From Phormidium sp. (lineage in GTDB: Bacteria > Cyanobacteriota > Cyanobacteriia > Cyanobacteriales > Aerosakkonemataceae), in assembly GCA_051013385.1 (NCBI GenBank), contig CP143273.1:1952001-2016000 (forward strand): 64,000 nucleotides of DNA. Direction: 5' to 3'. The notes beneath the pieces are model-generated. The model did not search any database, was not told the origin of the DNA, and saw nothing but the letters and a program-made list of their open reading frames with translations. The translations under genes were made by a program, and so were the position numbers. This document shows, in pieces, positions 17,992-27,627 of the stretch (the stretch's first letter is position 1; every line of letters starts with the position of its first letter).

Positions 17992-19833
17992 TTAATTAGG
18001 GCTACGTTTCAGGCGGCGAATAATTCGCGTTGCTATTTCGGTTCCTACTACTGATTTGTTAATGTAATCATCTGCGCCAGCAGCAAAGGCTTTTTCAATT
18101 TGTTCGGTTCCAGTGTGTGAGGAAACAAATAAAATTGGCAGATGATGCCATTGGGGGTCGTTGCGAACTACTTGACACAATTCTACACCGTTGAAGTCAG
18201 GCATTTCTAGATCGAGAATCAGTAAATCAGGAGAGCAAGCGGTGAAAATCTGCCAGAAATTATGCGGATTTTCTAATGTTGTGACTTCTACACCCCAAGA
18301 TTTTAAGAGGGTGGAGAGATGGGCCAAGGCTACTCGATCGTCATCAACTATCATAATCCGATTTCTGGAGGCTTTTTGGTGTTGAGCAAGTACTTCGCTC
18401 ACTACTTTCAGAATTTGATGAGCAGGTAATGGTTTGTGTAAAAAAGCACTAGTTCCTAACCGAGCAACGGCTACCCGATCGCTCAAACTTTCTCTTCCCG
18501 TTAAGGCGATCGCCGGAATGGGAGGAACACGCCCAGTTATTTCTTCTAGTAAGGTGATGCCATCTTCTTTACCACTAGGAAAGTTCAAATCTAGAAGAAT
18601 AATATCCGGTGGTTTTTGGGAAATTATTTTTCGGGCAACCGTCAATTCGGTAGCAATTTCTACTCGTAATCCCCTGGCGATCGCTTCAATTCGCACTCGT
18701 TCTGCTAACACTAAATCATCATCCACAATTAAAATTAAAGGTGAGTAAGAGTTCGCTGTCGATTGAGCAGGCAATGTAGAATTCGGTTGCACTTCTCTAT
18801 ATATCGCTGCGGCTAATTCCGAAATTTGCTTGATTTGTTCCGCCTCTAGTTGTAAATAATCTAGTTGCAATAACTCTTCCAATTCCTTAGCTAACCTTGA
18901 GCCTTCCATAAAACCAAAAATTCCCAAAGATCCTGCTAATTTATGCGCTTCTTGTTTGGCTTCTTGTTGTAATTCTGCGGTCAAATTTCCGGCTGTTAAA
19001 GCCGCTGCTGCTTCTCCAAGGATGGCGATTTGCGCTAACATTTTTCCCTGAAACTTTTCCCATACTTTAGAAGTTGCTGCTTCTACTCGCTGACGATAAT
19101 CAGCATCAGTTTTTGGTTCAGGAATTTGAAAGTTAGCAGAAGTCTCTGTTTCTGGTTGATAAGCAGGAACCCGCAGTCGATAACCTAAACCGTGAACTGT
19201 TTCGATCATATCAGTTGCTCCGGCTGCTTTAAGTTTTTGGCGCAAACATTTAATATGAGTACTCACAGTTTCTTCTCCGGGTGCTTCTGCAAAATCCCAC
19301 AAGCGATCTAAAATAGCACGACGGCTAAAAATCTGCTTCGGATTTAATAAAAATAATTCCAACAAGCAATATTCTTTCGGTGTCAGGTGTAAGAGTTTTT
19401 CTCCACACTTTACTTCGTTATTCGGTGAATCAAAGCAGATATTTTCCCAAGTAATTACCGAAGAGGAAACAGGTTTTCCTCGCCGTAGTAAAGCGCGAAT
19501 TCTTGCCATTAATTCTTCTATATCAAAAGGTTTTACAACATAATCATCGGCTCCAGCATTTAAGCCCATAACGCGATCGTTACTGCTATCTTTAGCTGTT
19601 AAAAGCAAGATTGGGTTATGATAACCTTTAGCCCGGAGTTGCTTACAAACGCTGATTCCATCGAGTTTAGGAATGACAATATCCAGCAAAATTAAGTCAT
19701 ATTCGTATTCTAAAGCTAACTGCTGCGCTACTAATCCATCCGTAGCTACATTAACTGTATAATGATGATTGGTAAGGGTTTCAGCTAGGGCTGAACTAGT
19801 CAAAGAGTCGTCTTCCACTAATAAAATTTTCAT
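17992..19833 (-). CDS. Multidomain response regulator REC-wHTH-Hpt-REC-REC (RcaC-like architecture)
   Basis: OmpR-type REC and wHTH (LTPKEY...TVHGLGYRL), Hpt motif AHKLAGSLG, then two further receivers. Confidence 0.88.
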   Translation of the reverse strand: MKILLVEDDSLTSSALAETLTNHHYTVNVATDGLVAQQLALEYEYDLILLDIVIPKLDGISVCKQLRAKGYHNPILLLTAKDSSNDRVMGLNAGADDYVVKPFDIEELMARIRALLRRGKPVSSSVITWENICFDSPNNEVKCGEKLLHLTPKEYCLLELFLLNPKQIFSRRAILDRLWDFAEAPGEETVSTHIKCLRQKLKAAGATDMIETVHGLGYRLRVPAYQPETETSANFQIPEPKTDADYRQRVEAATSKVWEKFQGKMLAQIAILGEAAAALTAGNLTAELQQEAKQEAHKLAGSLGIFGFMEGSRLAKELEELLQLDYLQLEAEQIKQISELAAAIYREVQPNSTLPAQSTANSYSPLILIVDDDLVLAERVRIEAIARGLRVEIATELTVARKIISQKPPDIILLDLNFPSGKEDGITLLEEITGRVPPIPAIALTGRESLSDRVAVARLGTSAFLHKPLPAHQILKVVSEVLAQHQKASRNRIMIVDDDRVALAHLSTLLKSWGVEVTTLENPHNFWQIFTACSPDLLILDLEMPDFNGVELCQVVRNDPQWHHLPILFVSSHTGTEQIEKAFAAGADDYINKSVVGTEIATRIIRRLKRSPN

Positions 19834-19858
19834 TAACTTTTCTTCCTCGATGGAGGGT

Positions 19859-19889
19859 GCGATATGCCTACGGCAGGCTATGCCAACGC
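19859..19889. repeat. Short dispersed repeat (SDR5-like) interrupting a HIP1 site
   Basis: GCGAT[ATGCCTACGGCAGGCTATGCCAA]CGC. GCCTACGGCA recurs near 7154 and 16840. Confidence 0.5.
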
Positions 19890-20424
19890 TAACTCAAAAT
19901 CTACTACTGATTTCTAATGGTTGGTTCCTGCACACTTGCACTAGTTATTTATTAAGCTGTGGGTTATCAGCCAATAGCTTAATAGATAGCTCATCCCTTC
20001 TGGACGACCTGTTTAAGTTGGCTGCTGAGTAATGGGTACTTTTATTGTCGCTGCTTTTTTAGTAGTTACTGTTACAGAAAAGAATTAATTTAGATTTGCT
20101 GTAACCCTTTAGATTTATATGATTTTGGGAGTTACAGAAAATTACAATTCAAAAGAAATTCTAAAATTTTGCGAAACCCAGAGATATTGATGAGCTAATT
20201 ACAATTAATTCGGAAATAGCAAAAAAGTTATTAATATTCATTCTTCAGGGAGCATTTGCCAAAGCAGGATTTAGAGATTTTCCCCCTAATTGTTTTAATG
20301 CTTTCTGATGCGCTGCTAATATTAGTAATACTTTGTCTGGTTCGATAGTTGATTCCAACCAGAAATTGCGATCGCACAGTTTAGCAGTTTCAGTTTGCGA
20401 TCGAGCTTCCGTCCGATCGCCTTT

Positions 20425-20520
20425 CTAATACTTACCTAAGCATCGCACCTCCCATCGCACAGCCAACACTTCCCGCGCCGCCACTTCCATCAGTTTCTCG
20501 CTATGCGATCGCGCATTTAA
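20425..20520 (-). pseudogene. Relic resembling a type I R-M HsdS C-terminal helix
   Basis: Reads ARSHSEKLMEVAAREVLAV and begins at a HIP1 site (20505-20512). Confidence 0.4.
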
Positions 20521-20528
20521 ATTTGCTT

Positions 20529-20960
20529 TTATTTAAAAGGATTCACAATTTCCAGCCTATTTTCAACAACTAACCCATCCTGCATATCTTCAAAATAAAG
20601 GATACTTGCTCCTGCTTCCAAGGCACTAGAAACAATTAACCCATCCCAAAAAGAGAAATTATACCGACTCCGCAAATTAGAAGCTAGTATCAAAGTTTCA
20701 TAATTGATATTGACTACAACACAACCATTATAAAATTCTTGAATTGCTTGTTTAATCTGATTTTCATTAAAACTGGCTTTTCGGTTGAGAATAGAGCAAA
20801 CTTCATTGATTACTTGGATGCTAATCACCACGTTTTCATTTGCAGTTAATTCAATAGCAACCTGTCGTTTTCTCATTTCTTCTTCTGGTTTATTTTTGGG
20901 ATCGGTCATTAAAATATACAACCAGATATTAGAGTCAAGGAAACAAAGCTGATTAGGCAT
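20529..20960 (-). CDS. PIN-domain (VapC-like) toxin
   Basis: FLDSNIWLY, SIQVINE, FSFWDGLIV, LYFEDMQDG. Confidence 0.88.
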   Translation of the reverse strand: MPNQLCFLDSNIWLYILMTDPKNKPEEEMRKRQVAIELTANENVVISIQVINEVCSILNRKASFNENQIKQAIQEFYNGCVVVNINYETLILASNLRSRYNFSFWDGLIVSSALEAGASILYFEDMQDGLVVENRLEIVNPFK

Positions 20961-20962
20961 AA

Positions 20963-21184
20963 TTAGCGATCGTATATTTCATCCCTTTTCATTGAACGTA
21001 GTCCTTCTACCTTAACCGGATTTCGCATCATTTCTGCAAACATACCCGTTTTAGAAATCTTTTTAGCAGATTTCAAAATAATTACTTTTACTTCAGTTCC
21101 ATCACCAAAATCTTTTTTGTACTCCTCTGGAATTTGGATTAACCCATCTTTTGTTCTAGTTTCAAACTCAAATCCTGTAAGCAT
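20963..21184 (-). CDS. Putative antitoxin (AbrB-like) of the PIN toxin
   Basis: 73 aa, GLIQIPEEY...VKVII, ends 2 nt before the PIN start codon. Confidence 0.7.
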   Translation of the reverse strand: MLTGFEFETRTKDGLIQIPEEYKKDFGDGTEVKVIILKSAKKISKTGMFAEMMRNPVKVEGLRSMKRDEIYDR

Positions 21185-21223
21185 TTTAACTACCTCATTG
21201 AATTCATCAAGCTTATTGTAACT

Positions 21224-21436
21224 CTAACTCCCTATTTTTGAATCATCCCCCAACGCTTCCATCAATTCAAACTTCAATTTACTCCGCACCTCATTCAAAT
21301 CTGCCATCAACTTTTGATAATCTGCCAACATTTCATCTAAATTAGCCTGTTCTACATCGGAGTTACCTGAACCGAGTTTGTGATATTCCTGTAGAATTTT
21401 CTGAATTAAACTTCGGTAGTGGTTGAGTTTATCCAT
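21224..21436 (-). pseudogene. Chimeric ORF: XisI-like N-terminus joined to an HsdM-like C-terminal tail
   Basis: MDKLNHYRSLIQKILQEY resembles the start of XisI. LDEMLADYQKLMADLNEVRSKLKFELMEAL resembles type I methyltransferase C-termini. Confidence 0.45.
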
Positions 21437-21451
21437 TGTTGGATGACCAAA

Positions 21452-24268
21452 CTATTCATCTACTATCCTAATTCTTGACTCCAATTTGATTTCATTTAAT
21501 TCAACAGAACGAATACGATTAAGTAATTGGTATATATCAATTGTTACTTGTCGCAGTTGTTCTTTACTTATGGGATTTCCATCAGCATTTTTTAGAGGAT
21601 TTTCTTCTGACAGTTGTGTACCTGAATTTTCGTAATGTAAATTCGCTAAATCGATGAATTCTTGCGCTAACCCCCATACAGTTTCTAGTTGTTTGCGGAA
21701 TTTCTCAATTCTTGCCACTGTATCAGCATCAAGAGAATGATATTTTCTTGGGTTAAGTGCTTTCTTTACTTCTGGCGCAATAAGCATTATTTGAGATAAT
21801 GTTTCTTTGTAAGCAGGAGGTTCAGGAGGTGTTTCAATATAAGGAATTTCTACTTGTTCAGCTACTACAGCAGTTTCCCCCCATTCTTCATCGTATCTAG
21901 AAAGATGCTTAATCGGCTTAATTACAGTTTGGGCTGAATCTATATCTTTGCATTCAATTTTAGAGATAGTTGATAACCAGTATTGAACTGACGTAGAATA
22001 CCCTCTAATATTTAAAAAATGTGTTTCTTCATATACTATTATACCCAAAAAGCTTGTACCACATTTAAGTAACTGTTGCCATACAGTTTTTATTAATTGG
22101 ACATCAACAGTTACTTTTACTCTCTTATCATAACTATTCACATAGCTATATACATCAGCAGGAATTTTTAGATTACTGCTATTTATAAAAGTACTAATTA
22201 TTTTTGAATCAATAATTTCAAGTATCAATTCTCCCTTTTGAACTTTACTAATTTGAGCTAATACTTTCTTAATCGCTGATTCATTAAGTTGAATGCAGTG
22301 AAATTCGACACCGCCATAGAGTTCTTCTCTTTCCCACAGCCATAATCTCCAAGCAAGTTTTTCTCCAAGCTTTCCTCGAATATCAATATTATCACCTTGA
22401 ATTAAAACATCACCAGAGAAAGGAATACGATTCTTATGTTCTGTTACAAGAGCGTCCGCTACAAAAGTTTCATTAGTTTTTAAAAAAACTATATTAGATT
22501 TAGACATAGGTAAGGCTGCAATAGCAGCAATAGGAATCATCCAATGAGTATTTATTAAACCTTTATTTCCAATCGAAAATGATTTTTTTTCCTTATAACT
22601 CCATAGGTGAAAGGTAACTCTGATTCTTTGCTCTGAATCATATAAACAGGCTCCACTCGCCCGAACATCTGAGCTTGGAGAACCAACAAGTAAGAAATAT
22701 TTATTTTCTGTTAGTCTCACAGGAAAATTACCTGTTTTGATTGCTAATTGAGCGCAAGCTGTCAAGGTTTCCCAAAAAGGAGATCTACTTATTTTTGTAT
22801 TATCAGATAAATATTCTTCGTCTTGCCAATAAATTGCATTATCTGGGTTAAAGTAAAATAGCCCAAATTCGTTACCATAGTCAACAGTAGGAATGTTTAT
22901 TTTAGTACTGCCACTAGAAAAGACAATACTGTTACTATCGCTATCAAAAGTAATGTTGATATCTCCTGATTTGGGTAATCTTGATAGTTCCCTCAAATCA
23001 CAGAGATTTACTGTTGCTTCCCATGATTCTTCACTTTTATCGAGAGTAAATTTTGTGCAAATTTGTAATTCTCCAGAATGGTACAGTACAGATAGTTCCC
23101 CGTAAGAAAAACTGAAACAAACAGGTTCAAATTTACTATCTTCTGTATATTTTTCTGCTTCGGTAGAGAGAGTTTCGTATAGGCTAATAGCTTGTGACTC
23201 CAAATTGCTAACTTCTTTAGCAAATCCAAGAGAAATCGCCTGTTTTCTATTCAATACTTCTGCCACATAATCTCTTTCTAGTTCCTTTCCTTTTTCTTGG
23301 TACAAATCTTCATAATTTACAGCAATGATCTGACTTGACTTTGGTAACATTTCCTCAGCAAACTGGATACTGAGCGCAGTAGTAAATTCTGGGATTCTTT
23401 CAACTAAGTCTTCTAACTTCATCCGACTTTCTACGACTTCTCTAAGAAGAACAGAGTGTTCTATCAAAGCTTCGTGTAACTCTTCATCTACATCTTTTCC
23501 ACGAATAAAGTCTTGGTCAATTGTGCTTGCGTCCCAACCTAGAAATAAATCTTCTTTCCTGGGATTTAATAAACGTCTTCTGGCAGAGGAAAAATCGTCA
23601 TTAAGGTCGAAGAAGACGACAGGAACTTGATATTTATGTTGCCGTAATGAATCAACTACATAACCAACACTGCCTACCTTTATTTGTAACCCTACTGGGC
23701 AATTAGGATTACTACTGGCATTTTTAAGTAAGGATAACTCTTTTTCTACGTTATCTTTATGAACCCAGAGTATGTCTCGCTCTGGTTCAAATGGATTATA
23801 TAACTTATTATGTATTATATGCTTTTGTGTTGAATTAAGCCCAGTTCCAATTGCAATATAACTATCTGGAGTGCCTGTAATTCTTTTACCTCGTCGGGCA
23901 TACATAGCCCATTTGCGATTTGCATTAACATTTTTCCTACAACTAGATACAATTAAGGCTTCAGCTATGAAACCTAACAAACGTGAAACCTTATTTTTTG
24001 TGGTTTGTACATGAGAAGTGAAAAATTCCTTTAGCGCCAAGCGACCTTGATTATTCAGAGTTAATGCACCTGCTTCTTCTAGTAATTCCAGAAGTTCTGA
24101 TCCTCTTCTATATTTGACTATATTTGGATCGGGATTCTTTATATAATCTTCTAAAGTTTGCCAATATGGGAAATTCTTTGAGAGATTCTGATCCTTTAAA
24201 AAGTTTGGATCAGTAACAACTACGATTACTGGTAGACTACTAGAAGTATTATTGTTGGTGGTCGTCAT
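21452..24268 (-). CDS. Large hypothetical protein: PD-(D/E)xK-like nuclease + degenerate DnaN/beta-clamp-like region + C-terminal helical domain
   Basis: GFIAE...RDILW...GLQIK nuclease-like motif. The middle ~420 aa follows the DnaN pattern. Probable ATG at 24268. The domain calls are inference. Confidence 0.55.
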   Translation of the reverse strand: MTTTNNNTSSSLPVIVVVTDPNFLKDQNLSKNFPYWQTLEDYIKNPDPNIVKYRRGSELLELLEEAGALTLNNQGRLALKEFFTSHVQTTKNKVSRLLGFIAEALIVSSCRKNVNANRKWAMYARRGKRITGTPDSYIAIGTGLNSTQKHIIHNKLYNPFEPERDILWVHKDNVEKELSLLKNASSNPNCPVGLQIKVGSVGYVVDSLRQHKYQVPVVFFDLNDDFSSARRRLLNPRKEDLFLGWDASTIDQDFIRGKDVDEELHEALIEHSVLLREVVESRMKLEDLVERIPEFTTALSIQFAEEMLPKSSQIIAVNYEDLYQEKGKELERDYVAEVLNRKQAISLGFAKEVSNLESQAISLYETLSTEAEKYTEDSKFEPVCFSFSYGELSVLYHSGELQICTKFTLDKSEESWEATVNLCDLRELSRLPKSGDINITFDSDSNSIVFSSGSTKINIPTVDYGNEFGLFYFNPDNAIYWQDEEYLSDNTKISRSPFWETLTACAQLAIKTGNFPVRLTENKYFLLVGSPSSDVRASGACLYDSEQRIRVTFHLWSYKEKKSFSIGNKGLINTHWMIPIAAIAALPMSKSNIVFLKTNETFVADALVTEHKNRIPFSGDVLIQGDNIDIRGKLGEKLAWRLWLWEREELYGGVEFHCIQLNESAIKKVLAQISKVQKGELILEIIDSKIISTFINSSNLKIPADVYSYVNSYDKRVKVTVDVQLIKTVWQQLLKCGTSFLGIIVYEETHFLNIRGYSTSVQYWLSTISKIECKDIDSAQTVIKPIKHLSRYDEEWGETAVVAEQVEIPYIETPPEPPAYKETLSQIMLIAPEVKKALNPRKYHSLDADTVARIEKFRKQLETVWGLAQEFIDLANLHYENSGTQLSEENPLKNADGNPISKEQLRQVTIDIYQLLNRIRSVELNEIKLESRIRIVDE

Positions 24269-24358
24269 CTTAATTCTCTTACCTAGCAACGATCGATCGC
24301 AGTTAAGCATCGCTTAATGTTAGAGTACCCAAAGCAAGCAGCCAAATCACCAAATTAC

Positions 24359-24823
24359 TTAAATGAGTTCGTTCGGAGGAAGAGGGTTGATCCGTCGCCG
24401 TGCAGCTTCTGAAGGGTAACGATGATCTAAAATCAACACCTGTCGTTCTAAAAGTTGGCTATTACTGTTAAAGCCAAAAATCCTTTCTGTCACCTGACCA
24501 ATTTTAGTTAAAGGTCGAATTGATGTACCATCTAACTGAAAGTGTTCTCCCCAAAGATCTGTACGAGGATTAAAAAAGCGTACCAGTTCTCTTGTTTCCC
24601 AATCAATCGACCCTAGATCGCTTCCCTTTTGACGATTGCAAACAACACAGGCATAAGCTAAATTGTCTGCGGTTGTAGAACCACCATGTTTTACACTAAT
24701 AATGTGATCGACTTGGCAACCTAAGAAAGTATCTTCTTCAGCAATTAGGCAATATTCACAGAGGTAATCTGCACGTTTAGCAACTAGTTGTCGCAAGTTT
24801 TGCGGAATAGATGGACGAGTCAT
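24359..24823 (-). CDS. HNH endonuclease
   Basis: RADYLCEYC...VDHIISVKHGG...NLAYACVVCNRQK. Probable ATG start at 24823. Confidence 0.9.
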   Translation of the reverse strand: MTRPSIPQNLRQLVAKRADYLCEYCLIAEEDTFLGCQVDHIISVKHGGSTTADNLAYACVVCNRQKGSDLGSIDWETRELVRFFNPRTDLWGEHFQLDGTSIRPLTKIGQVTERIFGFNSNSQLLERQVLILDHRYPSEAARRRINPLPPNELI

Positions 24824-24827
24824 TAAT

Positions 24828-25082
24828 TTATTGCTTGGTAAGATACTGTCTGGCGCGTGCTTTGGCAAGGCGCATGATGTGTTCTAATTGCAGATAGAGG
24901 TCAAGTTCCGCTTTTTCTTCTGAGGAAATACCTTCATTTTTTTCTCGGTAAATGAGGTTTTCCACTCGTGCTTTAACTGCTTCTGAGGGTTGAAAGGTAA
25001 TGACGCGATCGGGACTTGTCCCCGCCGCAATAAAATCAACTATTTCCTCGTAAGCTTTGGTTGCAGGTGCAGGTATTGTCAT
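24828..25082 (-). CDS. Small protein upstream of the HNH gene (antitoxin-like)
   Basis: 84 aa, ...SEEKAELDLYLQLEHIMRLAKARA, ends 4 nt before the HNH start. Confidence 0.7.
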   Translation of the reverse strand: MTIPAPATKAYEEIVDFIAAGTSPDRVITFQPSEAVKARVENLIYREKNEGISSEEKAELDLYLQLEHIMRLAKARARQYLTKQ

Positions 25083-25200
25083 TACTGAGTTTCCCTATTT
25101 GCACACAGTTTAATTAGCTATAACAAACAATAATATTGTCACCAATGACAAACAAATTGCCACTGTACAAATCTTTATCCAAATCGCACTAAAAATTCAA

Positions 25201-25287
25201 CGGAGAGGGTGGGATTTGAACCCACGGTGACATTGCTGCCACACTTGATTTCAAGTCAAGCGCATTCGACCACTCTGCCACCTCTCC
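25201..25287 (-). tRNA. trnS: tRNA-Ser(UGA)
   Basis: Reverse complement GGAGAGGTGGCAGAGTGGTCGAATGCG-CTTGA-CT-TGA-AA-TCAAG-long variable arm-GTGGGTTCAAATCCCAC-CCTCTCCG. Confidence 0.96.
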
Positions 25288-25317
25288 AGGCACATTTGTT
25301 TATATTATCAGAAATAA

Positions 25318-26259
25318 TTACAAATGACTACAGGCAGTTTGCGCCTGATTTGGGGAAAGTTGATAGAGTATTTCCTCGGAAATCACACTATAGTCTTTGT
25401 CAACCCAAACTAAGGATGCTTGAGTCACAATGCCTGCTTGCAATGTCACCAAGGAGAAATTTCGCTGAGTGCGATCGCCTTTGTGGATAATTCTGGGCAC
25501 GCTCGCAGAGTTTAAATACAATGTACCATCGTCACTGGTGGAAATTGGGGTGCGTAAGCGGTCTTTGCGGTGACGGAGGTGATGGTGCATGTGTCCAAAT
25601 GTCACCAGGGGAACTGATTTTCCCAGGTTTTTTGATTGCGCGATCGCATCTGCCAAATCCGAATCTCCAAAATCTCCCCCCAAAGGTTGCCAGTCTCTCC
25701 CACAAGGGTCTTCCGGTCGATCGCCTAACCCTAAAGGGCCATTGTGACCGAGAAAAATAATCGTATTGTATGCAGCGTCGTTCACTGCTGCCATGATTCG
25801 CTCAGTAGACTGAGTAAAATCATTCACACCATAACGTTCTGTGTAAAAATCGGCATTTCTCCAAATTTCGCCGCCCCAACTAAACGGACGACCACCCACC
25901 ACAGTTAAGTTAAACTCTGGAAAATCCAGTTTACTGTACCCAACGTGAGTTTCTCCCAGTAAATCTAGCTGATCCTGTACCCAATCTTCTTGTGCGCGAT
26001 CGTAGGGACAACGCTGGCGACCCCATTCCGTAGCAGTGTACCACGCATCGTGATTGCCCATAATTGCCGCTTTTGGGATGTCGAGAGATGCGATCGCCTC
26101 CACCACTCCTACCGACTCGTTGCCAAAATCTCCGACAAATAGCACCAAGTCCACACCCAAACAGCGTAAAGCTTCTCCATCTGCCGCTTCCCATTGGTCG
26201 TGAACATCTCCGACCACTGCAATTTTAATTACTTGATTTTGATTTCCCAAGATACTCAT
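25318..26259 (-). CDS. devT: Metallophosphoesterase, TIGR04168/DevT-like
   Basis: GDVHD, FVGDFGNE, GNHDAW, HNGP, FGHMH. Confidence 0.75.
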   Translation of the reverse strand: MSILGNQNQVIKIAVVGDVHDQWEAADGEALRCLGVDLVLFVGDFGNESVGVVEAIASLDIPKAAIMGNHDAWYTATEWGRQRCPYDRAQEDWVQDQLDLLGETHVGYSKLDFPEFNLTVVGGRPFSWGGEIWRNADFYTERYGVNDFTQSTERIMAAVNDAAYNTIIFLGHNGPLGLGDRPEDPCGRDWQPLGGDFGDSDLADAIAQSKNLGKSVPLVTFGHMHHHLRHRKDRLRTPISTSDDGTLYLNSASVPRIIHKGDRTQRNFSLVTLQAGIVTQASLVWVDKDYSVISEEILYQLSPNQAQTACSHL

Positions 26260-26486
26260 GCCTTACTTTATTTTTTTATCTTTTCTTAGGATAGGCAAGC
26301 AAGGACTCTTTTTGCAGCTTACTTCAGAGCGATCGCCAAATCAATCAATAAATTTCACTGGTCATGGCGCTATGGCAGAAGTTTACGTAATTCTTACTGA
26401 TACTCTCTACCCCCAGTTTTAGTAAAATCAACTATAATTAATGAACAGTAACAGTCATGTCTTCTTACTTTAATTAGAAATTTGCT

Positions 26487-27458
26487 GTGTTTATTACTAC
26501 ATTACTACCCACAAAAACCACTGAAAATTCAGCGATTCCTTATGATTTAGTGGGAGCGATAAAAGCTCTCAAGAAGGAACTGAATGCAGTTATACTGGCT
26601 CACTATTATCAAGATCCAGAGATTCAAGATGTAGCAGATTATATCGGTGATTCCTTGGAACTGTCCCGACGAGCCGCCAGTACAAATGCGGAGGCAATAG
26701 TTTTTGCTGGGGTTCACTTTATGGCAGAAACCGCCAAAATTCTCAACCCTGATAAATTAGTACTTTTACCAGATCTCAACGCAGGGTGTTCTTTGGCAGA
26801 TAGTTGTCCCCCCGATCGATTTGCTGCTTTTAAAGCTGCACATCCCGGACATTTGGTAATTTCTTATATCAATTGTTCGGCAGAAATTAAGGCAATGAGT
26901 GATATTATTTGCACTAGTTCTAATGCGGTGAAAATAGTTAACCAAATTCCCGAAGATCAGCCGATAATTTTTGGGCCCGATCGCAACCTTGGACGCTACG
27001 TAATGCAGCAAACTGGACGAGAAATGGTGTTGTGGCAAGGTGCTTGTATCGTCCATGAAAACTTCTCCGAAAAGAAGATAGTTCAGTTAAAAATTGCTCA
27101 TCCAGAAGCCAAAGTTTTAGCACATCCCGAATGTGAACCACCAGTTTTACGCCACGCTGATTTTATCGGTTCTACCAGTGCTTTATTGAAATATTCTCAG
27201 GAAAGTTCCTTTCCAGAATTTATCGTAGCGACAGAACCGGGAATTATTCACCAAATGCAAAAACAGGAACCGCAAAAACATTTTATTCCCGCGCCACCGA
27301 TAACCAATTGCGCTTGCAACGAATGTCCTTTCATGCGATTAAATACCTTAGAAAAGTTGTATCTAGCAATGAAAAATCGCACCCCAGAACTCACTTTACC
27401 AGAACATCTCAGAATTGCCGCATTACGTCCCATGCAAAGAATGTTAGAGATGAGTTAA
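26487..27458 (+). CDS. nadA: Quinolinate synthase
   Basis: [44 protein letters not shown]. Confidence 0.96.
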   Translation: MFITTLLPTKTTENSAIPYDLVGAIKALKKELNAVILAHYYQDPEIQDVADYIGDSLELSRRAASTNAEAIVFAGVHFMAETAKILNPDKLVLLPDLNAGCSLADSCPPDRFAAFKAAHPGHLVISYINCSAEIKAMSDIICTSSNAVKIVNQIPEDQPIIFGPDRNLGRYVMQQTGREMVLWQGACIVHENFSEKKIVQLKIAHPEAKVLAHPECEPPVLRHADFIGSTSALLKYSQESSFPEFIVATEPGIIHQMQKQEPQKHFIPAPPITNCACNECPFMRLNTLEKLYLAMKNRTPELTLPEHLRIAALRPMQRMLEMS

Positions 27459-27627
27459 TTGTCATTGGTTATTAGTCATTGGTCATTTGTATCCCAGAAA
27501 AAATCTTAACGAACATCTGTGTTTATTTGTGGATATCTGTGGTAAAAAAGAAACTCTCGCCACCCAGCAAAAATCATGCTGAACATCTACGGTTGCAAAA
27601 TTCATGCTAACTAATGACAAATGACCA

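Noticed and set aside
20240..20420. Minus-strand reading ...CDRNFWLESTIEPDKVLLILAAHQKALKQLGG...
   Set aside because: It may be a gene remnant, but it has no start codon and I cannot assign a family.
21452..24268. Housekeeping dnaN gene
   Set aside because: It is far too divergent and long, fused to other domains, and not in a dnaA/recF context.
20000..25287. Prophage or integrative element at tRNA-Ser
   Set aside because: No integrase, no phage genes and no duplicated tRNA 3' end were found by eye.
25209..25490. 93-aa ORF starting MGFEPT
   Set aside because: It is the antisense reading of tRNA-Ser and the end of the devT-like gene.
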